A DNA stretch of 64,000 nt from Salpingoeca rosetta (Eukaryota > Protista > Choanoflagellata), in the NCBI GenBank assembly GCA_033442325.1, contig JAWQFM010000004.1:2080694-2144693 (forward strand), given 5' to 3'. The notes beneath the pieces were generated by a model. That model made no database searches. It was not told the DNA's origin and was given only the letters and a program-made list of their open reading frames with translations. Shown here piece by piece: positions 51,001-63,198 of the stretch (within the stretch, counting starts at the first letter, position 1; the number at the start of each line of letters is the position of its first letter). Position numbers and translations under genes: made by a program.

Positions 51001-52108
51001 ACGCCATTCGCGCGATCGCAGTGATGTTAGAGCAGGAGATCGGGGCGAGAGGAGCCGAAGTGACAGAGAGCGAAGTGCAGTCCCATCGCGCCGTCGCTCA
51101 GCCTCCGTCGACCGTGATCGTACCAGCACCACCACCAGCACCACCAGCGGCAGGGATGTGCGATCAAGTGGCGATGGCGGTGGTGATCGTCGAGGTGGGG
51201 TGCGGCTGTATGACCGGTCCGTTGCCAGGAGTGGCGGTGCTCCACCTCCCCCACCATGGTCATCGTCGTCGTCGTCATCATCATCATCATCATTGCGGTT
51301 ATCACCAGCACCTTCGACATCGAAAGCATCAACACCGCTTGCGTCGTCATCGCACGCCCCTGCACCCCAATCACAGGCACAGCGGCAGCGGCTGCCATAT
51401 GTACCGCCCGCGTTTGTGCCAACAACCATTAGCGAGCACGATCCCCGGCTGCGCATATTCGCCAGGCAGCAGCAGCAGCAGCAGCAGCGCCGTGCGACTC
51501 CAACATCCAGCAGTGCCAGTGGTGGTGTTGGTGGTGGTGTTGCTGTAGGGGGGAGTGTTGGTGGTGGTGTTTCTTCGCGGCCTATCATAGGCCATCGGCC
51601 GCCACCCACGTCCAGCGCACCGGCTCACCGCCCACCGACAACGCGCCCCGCGTACGCTCCACCACATCTTCATCACCACCACCACCACGGTCCGTCACGA
51701 CAGCAGCAGCCACCACCACCACCACCACGACCAGCTGCCCCTGTGCGTCCGTATGGCCAACACGCTCCGCCAGCACACGCGCGACCGCAACTCCCCGGCC
51801 AGCGTGCGCCACACCCACACCCACACACACACCACACGCATCACACACATAACCCGCAGCCACAACAGCAGCGACAACAACACCAGCAACCGTCGTCGTC
51901 GTTGTCGTCGTCATCGCAACAGCGGCCAGCTGCATACAACCCGGCACGGTCTGCGTTTCAAGTGCAGGATTGGCAGGCGAGTGTTCCCCAGCTGCCGTCA
52001 CCGCCGTCAACATCGTCAGGATCGTCATCATCATCTTCAGCGACGGCACGGCCCGTACATGACCCAACAACAGCTGCCCGCCGCTCAGCCACCCCAATCT
52101 TCGTCAAG

Positions 52109-52198
<90 letters not shown>

Positions 52199-52410
52199 GT
52201 GTGTGTGCGTGTGTGTGTGTGTGAACGGGAGGTGGGAACACGAATATGCTCGTTCTTGTGCTCGTGTAGCCCTTCACCTTCTCACTTCGTGTGCGTGTGT
52301 TTGCATCTCTTTCCTCCCATCTGCAGTCGCATCCGGGCAAATCGACGGGGAACGTTGCCCTCGACATTATCAAGAGCATGGAGGCGCCGCCGACGGAGCA
52401 CACGGACTGA
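40230..52410 (+). CDS. SETX: Senataxin/Sen1 SF1 RNA/DNA helicase
   Basis: SLIHGPPGTGKT, VLLCAPSNAAIDEL, LIIDEAAQ, LVGDPMQLSATV, YERSLFER, QYRMHPEI, TVDAYQGQE, RMNVALTRAR. Upstream in-strand exons begin with HVWC and continue through long acidic/Ser-Thr regions. That all upstream exons are one gene is inference. Confidence 0.85.
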
Positions 52411-52417
52411 TGCGCTC

Positions 52418-52455
<38 letters not shown>

Positions 52456-52815
52456 GTGTGTGTGTGTGTGTGTGTTGTGTGTGTGTGTGTGTGAACAAAT
52501 GGTACACAGGATGGGCGTGGGTGTTGTTCACTGCGCACACATTCAGTCATTACATGTTTGGTCATTACATGTTTGGTTGTTATTTGGAATGCTGATGTGG
52601 ACAAAAGAGAAGAAGGCGTGTAATCAATTAGAAGTATGTTCAACAACGAGCACGTGCACGTACGGATGCATGAGTGACAGAAAGGAAAGAACAAACAATG
52701 GTTAAACATGGAAGGGAGAGACAAGGCTGGGCTAAAGCGCGTTGGGAAGCGCGCGCACGAGAGGGGAGGAGAAGTAGAAGAGAAGACGAAAACAACACTG
52801 TCGCGTGCGCTTGTG

Positions 52816-52858
52816 TCATTGAATTCCACACGCTTGATGACCAACATCTGCATTGAGC

Positions 52859-52889
<31 letters not shown>

Positions 52890-53293
52890 CGTGCGTGTGT
52901 GCGTGCGTGTGTGTGTGCGTGCGTGTGTGTGTGTGTTGAGTTGCAATCTGCGCGCACCATGCAACATCAACACCACATGCCTCCTTCCAACCACAGACAC
53001 ACAAGTCACGGTGATCATCTCACCTCTCGCGTACGCGTCGCTGATGCCGGTCTCGAGCTTGTTGATGAACCGCTGCATCTCTCTGCAGAATAGCGGAAGA
53101 AAACGAAGAAAGAACAGGTGAATACGGACATGCACATGCGTGCGCATGGGTGTGAGGCATTGCATTGCTTGTCTACTGCGATTGTAGCGAGGAGTTGAGC
53201 GCCTGCGCCGAAGAACAATTACACGATCCTGAGAAACAGCGCTGTCGATTGACATCATCATCATCCTCGACATCACCAACACCACCACCATAA

Positions 53294-53375
<82 letters not shown>

Positions 53376-53548
53376 CCGTCAGAACCACAAGTGTCACAAT
53401 ACCTGATGCAGTCGAGGCGGGAGGAAACGTCCGTTGTGCGCACGAACAGCGGCGCATCTGTTGCAGACAGAAGGGATCAATCACAGCACAGCATGAACCA
53501 TGTTAGATACATATTCGCGTCCTGCGTGTATGTATATGTGTTTGTGTG

Positions 53549-53593
<45 letters not shown>

Positions 53594-54612
53594 GTGCGTG
53601 TGTGTGCACGTGTTTGTTGTGTGTGTGTGTGTGTGTATTCTTGCAATACACATTGTAGCACCTATTAAAAACGCTCACATGCGCCATTTCGCATGCATCA
53701 CCAAGTCCACAACCAATTGGGCAAGGATGGCATGGTGCGACCACAAACCTCGCTGGGCGGAGAGACCGAGGAGGCGACGCACATCATCGTCGCTGTTGTT
53801 GATGCGCGCGAGCGCAAGATCAAACACACGCGCAAACTGCTGCAGCGTCTTGCCAAGCTGTGTTGGTTTTGGTGGTGGTAGTGGTGGTAGTCATGTGGCG
53901 TGAGAAGAAGTCGCGTAAGGCTGGTTGAGTAGCTGGAGCAGACCCATGCAAGACATTACGAACTGGCACAACTCGTCAACCAATCCATCATCAATAACAA
54001 GTACACCTCATCTTGGAGCGCGTCTGCCTCCGCCGACGTGACGCGACCGGCGGCTTTTTCCTGCACGTTGCTCCCTTCAAACCTGGAGAACAAAACCGCA
54101 CATGGGATACACATGCGTAAGCGACAGAAATGAAACAAACAATCGGCAAGGACTACGCGTGTGCATGTGGGCTCAAACAGACCATCCATGCACAACAAGT
54201 CTCGTTGACTTCGCTTGCACACGTAAAACCAAACGCACACACACACACACACACACACAAGCAAGCATCTGCACACACACCACACACACACACCTGGCTG
54301 GGGTGAAATCGGGCAGGGATGCTGTATCTCTTCCGCTTCGCAGCAGTTGATTGTGAGACACAAGTGTCTGGTTTTGCTCCGACAACTAAGCAAGCGGAGA
54401 AGGAGGTGGTGGCGGTGGCGGTGGTGTGGTAAAGTGGTGGCGAAGAGAGTGCAGGTGTGATGAGGTCATGTGTCCGTAGTTTCAAAGCGAGTGCAAATAC
54501 GCACATGCACAGAGACACATGCGCACGTGCACGGCAAAGAATAAGCCGGCAATGTATGTGTGTGCGTGTGTGTTCATGTGTCTATGTGTGCGTTCATTGT
54601 GTATTCATGTGC

Positions 54613-54644
<32 letters not shown>

Positions 54645-57600
54645 CGTGCGGGTACCGCATCGATTGCTTCTCGGAGATCGCGAATCGTGGTCGCCTGCGC
54701 AGAGAGTTTCCGAAGCAGAGACTCCCGCACATCCTAAACGCGAGGATGTGTGTGTGTGTGTGTGTGCGTATGTGTGTGTGTGTGTGTGCATGTGTGTGTG
54801 TGTGTGCGTGTGTGTGATGAGTCGACTCACGGGGAAAAGCGAGACAAAATCAACGCACTCTGCATGCACGGTCACATATGCAGGTGTGGTGTGTTATTGC
54901 AGCCACGTACGTCGGCATCTGTGAGCGCGGCACGCAGTTGTCGCTCCGATCGCACAAACTCCGCCTCCTTCGCTTGAAGTTCCTGGATGTGCCTGTCGAC
55001 CAACAACGCAGCAGATGTGAGTGTTTGCGTGTGTTGCGTATGTGTGGCGTGCGTGCGTGTTCGTGATGCATGTGTGTTTGTGTGTTGTGGTATGTACACG
55101 AGCGTGTACAGCGCAAGCGCATTTGCGACCAAGGCATGCACGCATGCAACAAGAAAGAAGACAGCCAGCAGCACGTGCAACCCGCACCTGTCTCTGAGCG
55201 CCGTCTGGTTTCGCTCCTCCGCCAACACCCGCTCCTCAAGCTCAACCCTGGACCCAACGCACGATCCAGCATGATGATACAAGCATCGACAACAGGAATA
55301 ACAAGTGAGCTGAATGAATGGGATTTGGATTGCGCGTGTGTGTGTGCGTGTGTGCGTGTGTGTGTTGAGTGGCAACATTCGCATGCGTTGCATAAACTAA
55401 GCAGGACGCGTTCATTCGCACACACACACACGCACACACACACACACACTCACTTCTGCTGAAGGGACTTGGTTTCTGCGACTCGAGAAGACAGTTCTTT
55501 GCTCACCTGCCATAATATCATGCAACCACACATGTTTTTGGGGGCAGACACGTGAATAGCACGCACGGCAAGAAATCACACGATGACGATGCTGACGATG
55601 ATGACGATGATCGCATGTTGGGCGCCGCTGCGTGTTGAATGTCAGTCACTTGTGGGCGGAAGGTGGACAGTGCACATCAAACAAACGGCAGGTATTGGGC
55701 AATATCTGTGCTCCAAAACTCACGCGTTCGTACAGCTGTCGCGCCTCGTCACGCTCCTTGGTGACTTCACGCAGCACCGCACGTGTTTCTTCAACCGCAG
55801 AGTTCTGGAGAGAATTCAATGCACAACGAACACTGTCAGTGGCTAGAGCAATACACTGCATTGGAGCACAACGCCACCGCAGGCGTGTTGCACGCAAGAT
55901 GTTTACATTCAAACAGAACGTTGCATCTTCCATCCATCCATCCATCCACCCAAGTGTCCTAAAACGGTTCCGCCTTCCATTCATATGTCCACCCATTCAT
56001 CTCACACACCACCACACACATGCACCACCACCCACGATCCCAGCACACGTATCATCACAACACCTTGAGTTCGCCCGTCTCCAGCACTTCGCGTCGCAGA
56101 TCCTCAACCTCCCGCTTCAGCTCGTGAATCGTCGTCTCCTGATGGTGGTGGTGGTGGTGGTGGTGGTGGTGAAGGAGGACGTGAGAAGGCTGACTGGGGT
56201 ATGTGAGCTTCCTCAAACGCACGCACACTCACACATACACGTATGCCTACATGCGCAATCACACACCATACACCAGCAAACGGCACGGCGCATGACGATG
56301 AGTCGCACCTGCTGGTTGATTTGCTGTCGCAGGACGTGCGCTTGAGTCTGTGATTCCCGCACTTCCGTCTTCAGCTGCTCCTCAACCCGGTGCATCTTCT
56401 CCACTTCGTTGCACTTGGCCTACCATCACGTTGGTGTTGTGTGCACACAGTACAGCATACTGTCGTTGTGAGCATTGTACAGAAATGGTGATGAAGCAGA
56501 GTTGCACGCGCAAGCAGGTATCTTCGCACACATTTGCGTCAAACAAACACACTCTGGTGATTATGCGCTTCCGCGGCATGCACGCGTGTGCATGTATACA
56601 TCCGCATACACCCTTTCACGTACACGTGAACACACATGGTACACACACGCAAACACACACGTTACACACACACACAAACATTTCACACACACACACGCAC
56701 ACGTGAACACACATGGTACACACACGCAAACACACACGTTACACACACACACAAACATTTCACACACACACACGCACATTTCACACATACACGCACACAT
56801 TTCACACACACGCACACATTTCACACACACGCACACATTTCACACACACACACGCACACACACACCTGGGCGCAGATGAAAGTACAGATGCGAATGTAGT
56901 CAGCACATGTGTGTACTTACGTGTGTGTGTGTGTGTGTGTGTGTGCGTGCGTCCGTGTCGTGTCAGCGACAAGCTGGTGTGCGTGTGTGTGTGTGTGCGT
57001 GCGTCCGTGTCGTGTCAGCGACAAGCTGGTGTGCGAGGTGGTGTGGAGGTGTTGTTTGTTTGGTGGCTGTGTCCCTCACATTGTGCCCAGCAGCACCCTT
57101 GCACCCTTGTGTGACAAAACAACGCGTGCATTCATCCCGTCCTGCATGCACAACACGCACGCGTTTCCTACCCTGGCCGCGTCCCCTTCTCGCGTCTCCA
57201 GAGACAACCGCTGCAGCTCGCCACGGAGGCGGTGGACTTGCTGTTGCAGTGTGGAGTTCTCCTTCTGCAGTGACGCCAGCTCATCTTGGTAAATAGCATC
57301 GCGTTGTCGATACACGCCCAGTTGCTCCTGTACAACAACACCAACATGCGATTTGCATGTGTTAGAGCAAGTGTGGAGTGGATAGTTTGCTCAAGTTCGG
57401 GTCAAAAAGCCAAGGTGCTTGTTGCTTGCTTTGCTTTGGCACGTTACTGAACACTTGCCACACCCCAGCGCACAACTTCACTGCGACTCGTTCACGCACA
57501 CGCACACGCACACGCACACGCACACGCACACGCACACGCACACGCACACGCACACGCACACGCACACGCACACGCACACGCACAATCAAACAGAACACAG

Positions 57601-58287
57601 CCACAATCAAACACAAGAAGCCACAAGCAGCCACGAGCAGCTACAAGCACCCACACACACGCCCACGCTCTCGCTCGCACGTACCTCGAGGCCGCTGTCA
57701 CCTTCATGATAGCTGAGGTGGCTGCGGTTGGCTGCGCGCGGGGTGCGAAGAGCTGGGAGGTCGTCGTCAAGCAGCACATGTGATACGTCCTTCCCAGTGT
57801 GCCGTGCAGGGATGGGGGACAACTGGCTCTCGAGCACATCGGCCCGCGTGCTGTGGCTGTATCGTGACCTCCGTGTGCCGTCAAGGTCGTCATCCCCTCC
57901 TTCTTCTCCTGCGCGCTCACGGTCTCCTCCTCCCTGCTTCTTCTCGAGACGAAAGCTCACGGACTTGCCACGCCCACCACCATGTGCAGGCTCGCTGCGG
58001 TATTGGTCCCCATGCCCGACGCAGCCTTCCACATCGTCGTCATCATCATGCCCATGCCCATGACCATCATCGTAATCATCATCATCGGCACGTTGTGCAG
58101 TGCGGTCGTCGCCCGTGTTCCCTGTGCCGCTGCCGCTGCTACCGTGGCCATACTTGCTCAGGTGCCTTGTCAGTGTGTTCAAGTAGTTGGCAAACATGCC
58201 GTCATCGTCGTCCCCGCTGCGACCAGCAGCAACCCTTCGTGCATCACCACCACCACCACTTCGTGCGTCCTCCATCATCATCACCAT
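52816..58287 (-). CDS. CEP85: CEP85/CEP85L-like centrosomal coiled-coil protein
   Basis: Many short coiled-coil exons. Spliced C-terminus ...[16 protein letters not shown]...[30 protein letters not shown] resembles my recollection of the CEP85 end (QRAQGxDPNLSLLLG...SDRYAQDMGENCVTQ). Not database-checked. Confidence 0.65.
53296..53374. repeat. (CAT)n microsatellite, intronic
   Basis: About 26 CAT units. Confidence 0.97.
57494..57584. repeat. (CACGCA)n hexamer microsatellite, intronic
   Basis: About 15 perfect units. Confidence 0.95.
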
Positions 58288-58450
58288 CCAGCAGCGACAC
58301 TCACTCAAATTCACCGCGGCCGTTACTGCGGAAATCTAACTGAAATCGTTCGCAGTTTTTCATCAATCGCCGTCGCTGGGGACGCCAACAAACCAAACGC
58401 GGCAGCAGAGAGCGAGAAGGAAGCAGCCTCAGAGCACATCACAGCACCAA

Positions 58451-58520
58451 CGCAAACACCTCACGCAAACACCTCGCGCAAACACCTCGCGCAAACACCT
58501 CGCGCAAACACCTCGCGCAA
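58451..58520. repeat. 13-bp minisatellite CGCAAACACCTC(G/A) x5 in divergent promoter/5'UTR
   Basis: Five full copies plus a partial, between the CEP85-like and EF-hand start codons. Confidence 0.92.
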
Positions 58521-58607
58521 CTCGACTCAGCTTCCGTGTTGTTGCGTGTTCACTCTTGCTGGCCTTGCCTGAGCCGGAGGACCAGCAAAGCAAACACAGC
58601 ATCCAAC

Positions 58608-59530
58608 ATGGTGAAGAAGAAGAAGGGTGGAAAGAAGAGTGCCAAGGGTAGGAAGAGCGCAAAGGGGCGCAAGAAGAAGTCGGCCAAGTCCAAACCAGAG
58701 GTGCGTGCGAATGGAGTGCACAAACGATCGAGGAAGATGCTGCTGTGTTTTCATTTTGTGTGGTCATGTGAGTCAATGATGCTGCTATCATTCATTTTTG
58801 AGCCATTGATTGATTTGGGCGCCCCTCGTGCTGTGCTGTGCTATGCTGTGTGTAACGTGTTGCAGGAGCCACCGCCACTTCGCTGGCCTTGGGCGCACTT
58901 GACAGATTCATGGCTGCCCCGCAACCCGTACGCCTACGCGGCGGTGAGCAGACCTGCTTGTGTTTGTGTCTGTGTGCGTGCGTGTGTATGTGCGTGTCTG
59001 TGTGTGTGTGTGTGTTTGTGTGTATGTGCGTGTCTGCGTGTCTGTGTCTGTGTCTGTGTCCGTCTGTTTGTGTCTGCGTGTCTGTGTCTCTGTGAGGTCA
59101 TGTGCATATGATATTCGGTACATCTCCGAAGAGCAAGCAAGCCACTGACGCGCAACAAATTGCTCCCTCCTTGCTTCCCTGCCTGCGTGCTTGCCTGCTT
59201 CAAGCTGCAACGCAAGTTCCGATCGCACTATCTGCACACGGAAGGGATTGTATGTACACAGGAAGAGTGGCGCCGGTCGCTGTTATTACACAGAGACCAA
59301 TATGATGACCCAACGCAGGAGGCAATGGTGCAGGTGTGTTCATGGGTGTGTGCCTCCGTGCGAGTTCATTTCGTACATTGCCCGCCATCTCATTGTGTTT
59401 GTTTGATTGACACTTGGCACCAGCCCTCATGCTCACTGTCGCTTCGCTGCAGATGCTGGTTTGTATTCTGGCGGAGGAAGGCAACCGCAAAGACCCACCA
59501 GACAACTTTACCCTCTTTGCAGCCGCATTG

Positions 59531-59607
<77 letters not shown>

Positions 59608-59920
59608 GTTGGGTTGATGGATGTGTGTTCGTGAGTATCCTGTGTGTTGTTGTGTTTGTCTCTGGCTATTCCTTTGTTCAATCTACTGCTTCTTCTGCCT
59701 CAGTATGTGAGGTGCAACAACAACATCCATCACCACCTCGGACTGCGTGCCTGTGTGCTGCAGATTCAGACACAGCCCGGAGCACTTTGCGCGCATGTAT
59801 GCGGAGATGAAGCGGTGGTTCGACCAAGTGGACGACAGCGCCGTTTTTGGCAAGATCACCGACTTTTTCGACCCGAGCAGACTGGTGCGGGTGTGTGTGT
59901 GTGGGTGTGTGTGTGGGTGT

Positions 59921-59965
<45 letters not shown>

Positions 59966-61246
59966 TGTGTGTCTGTGTGTGTCTGTGTCTCTGTGTCTCT
60001 GTGTGTGCGTGGGTGCGTGGATATGTGTGTGTGTGTGTGGGTGGGTGTGGGTGTGTGCGTGTGTGTCTGTGTCTGTGTGTGTTTGAATTTGCTGGCTCGT
60101 TGTGTCGAAGCCCACGTGTATCTCCTTCATTCTAGCAAGCACACTCACTCACACGCACATACACACAAACAACCACACCCGCAACACACCCGCAACACAA
60201 AACACCACGTGTGCAGACGCGAGAGTACGACCACTTTCCCAAAGAAGAAGCGCGGCGGCTGATTGAGGAGGACAACACGATCACATATGGACTTCATCTC
60301 CTCTACACCGAAGAGCCAGAGGAGGTTGAAGGTGCGATGATGTTGTGTCTTGTGCTGTAACATGTGTGTGTCTGTCTGTGTGTGTGTCTGTGTCTGTACG
60401 TCTGTGTGTGTGTGTGTGTGTGGGTCTGTGTGTGGCGACATTGTGCGTGAATGTATGTCTGTGTCTGTGTTTGTGTGTTTGCTGTTGCGGCATCGCATAC
60501 AATGATGCGTTGTGCCATCGTTGTGATGGGACGTGCTTCCATCACTTCCAATTTGCTAACCCTTGCCCCCCCCCACGTCACCAACCTCGCCCTCCTTCAT
60601 CGTCCACACATGCATCCCCGTCCACAGACGTTGACTTTCACCTCTTTGAGCCGTTGGCGACGTATCTCGTGCAGAACAAGGTCTGTCTGTCTGCCCACGT
60701 ATTGTAGCGTGGACGAGCGAGTGCCGGCTGTTGCTGATGGTTCTGCAGCGTTGCGCGCTTGCTTAACTGCACGCAAGCCCTTGCGGACTCGGTGCTGTGC
60801 CACACACTCACACGCATAGTCGTGTATTTGTAAAGTCACAAGCACGAGTAACTACCTCACTCACTCACTCACTTACACATACACACACACGCTCACACCC
60901 ACTCACACATACACACTCACGCATACACACTCACACCCACTCACACATGCACACACACACACTCACTCACTCACTCACCCACACACACACTCACATGTTC
61001 AACCACACACGGGGCGCTCTCGCGTGCAGCTGCGACTGACGGACTTGTTTTTCCAGTTTGACAAGGACAAAGATGGCAGCTTGACCATGGATGAGATTGT
61101 GCGCGGCATTCAGGTTGGTGGCGAGTGATGGTATGTATGTGTGGAAGTGCGGGGAAAGGTGGGCAAAGAACATGAAGGAACAGCGCCATGAAGTGCAGTC
61201 TGGATACCGCGATCATCCGCACACACGCTCATTTACACTCACTCAC

Positions 61247-61300
<54 letters not shown>

Positions 61301-61945
61301 GCCAGTCGCGCGGCATTGAAATGACGGAGGAGGCGGTACAAGCGCTCGTGGACGACCTCGATGCAGATGGCGATGGTGTCGTGAAATACAAGGTGCTAAG
61401 GGCAGCAGCGGCATGGCTCGTTACGCACGCACGCACGCGCGCTCGCGTGTTTGTTTGTTTGTATGCATGTATGGATGGACGGATGCAGTGTCTGCTTCGT
61501 GCTGTGTATGTGTGTATGCGTGTCTACTTCAAACCCTTGTGCATGACGCAGCCTTGAGCTCACGATCATTTCCTCCGTGTGTATGTATGGGTGCATGCAT
61601 GTGTGTCATCGCAGGAGATGAACGCTTCACGGTTTCATGCTACGTTGCAGCGACGCCAAGTGACACGGGTGAGAAGTTGCCACCTTACTGTGTGCGTGAC
61701 TCGCCTTCTTGCATGATGGCCCTGACTGCGCAGCCAGCGTGTGGATGAAGCAGTTGCACATACACTTGCACTCGCTCACACACATACACACACACATGCA
61801 CATATGTCTTGGTGCGATGCAGGCCCTGTCAGCACGCTCGCAGGCAGATGAGGAGACGATGAAGATTGTGGGACAAGTGTTGCGGATGTCATTTGACGAC
61901 TTTTCGCTGCTTGTTCTCCATTCCCACTACGTCACTCGCCCTTGA
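58608..61945 (+). CDS. EF-hand calcium-binding protein with Lys-rich N-terminus
   Basis: MVKKKKGGKKSAKGRK... then about ten small exons. Paired EF-hands LFFQFDKDKDGSLTMDEI and LVDDLDADGDGVVKYK/E. Confidence 0.82.
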
Positions 61946-63198
61946 CAACTTGAACCCGCGCACACACTCTCACACACTCACACATGCGAGCGCCTCTTTT
62001 TTCTTGTGGTGATGCGTTGTATCGACTGACGCGTGCGTGCGTACATTCAATCACATACTGTGTTGCCTGGATGCTCATGTAATGTTGCTCGCATGTGCGA
62101 TGCTCTTGTCACAATGCAGAGTGCGCTTGCGTTTTGTGTTTGTGTGTCTGTCACGTCACGACTCTCGAAGAGGTCACGTTCATTGTTGTTTCTCTATCCC
62201 ACATTGACTGCATATTGTCCATATCACCATAAACGACAACTGTTGATGATGTGCAAACGTTACATGACTTGAAACCCACTCGCCAGCAGAGTGGGTGGCT
62301 GTGTGTGTGATGAAGCTGTGACCGGACTCATCCCGTCAAGCGCAGTTCGACAAGCGACCAAATGAGCGAACGAAACAAACAGCCGAATGGTTACAGCACA
62401 GGAATAACGTTGTGTGGGATACGCAGACAAATTTTGTACATGTCCTGTCGACAGAAGGCCGTACGGTGGCTGTGATACTGCAGCAATGAGGCCGACAAGG
62501 GCAAAGACAGCAAAGATCTATGGCAGCGAGGATGGCAGACGAGGGTGATTGGCGTGGGTCTCAATTCTTCCTTGGTAACAGCGCGTTGTCAACGCATTCA
62601 CGCACGCACACAAGTATATAAAGGTACGCACACACACACACACACAGAGCACGCGCGTGGCAGCTTCTTTCTCAAGTGCGCGCACACACTCCCTTTCTCC
62701 TCGAACACTGCAGCACAAGCGCACACATCGCTCATTTTCCTTCCGCTGCGGAGTGACTCCATCCACGTTTGCGCTTCAGCGTCCTGCATCATCGCCCTCA
62801 ACTGACGACATCAAGCTCAAGACTCCATCCCGTGTACCTTGACTGCCATCGCGTCCCCCAGTCGACAGCATCGACGCACGAGAGGCACGTCTTCGTCCTG
62901 CGTCGATTGTTGTTTCAACCACAACCTCCTCAGCACATACAATCACACTCTCCCCACGCCCAGGCAAGCCAACACGCCTGATCGACACACGCGCATTGCA
63001 CCTTTTTGTCAAGGCTTGGCAGCGACAACACAAACTCTGCGTCGACACGGTGGACAGCAAGACGACGGCCCTTGCCTTCCTCGCTTCACGTGCTGGCTTG
63101 AACGCTGAACGCGCTGTATACACGGCCACAGGACGGTCGCATCAACGCCATCCTCCTCTTCTCCGCTTCGTCCATCTGCATCATCTCAGGCTGCAGCC

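Noticed and set aside
52109-52705. Extension of the helicase ORF to 52705 in the ORF track
   Set aside because: Read-through into a (GT)n intron. The spliced product ends at 52410.
58451-58520. CRISPR-like interpretation of short repeats (also 37960-38035 and 63484-63800)
   Set aside because: Contiguous tandem repeats with no unique spacers and no cas genes.
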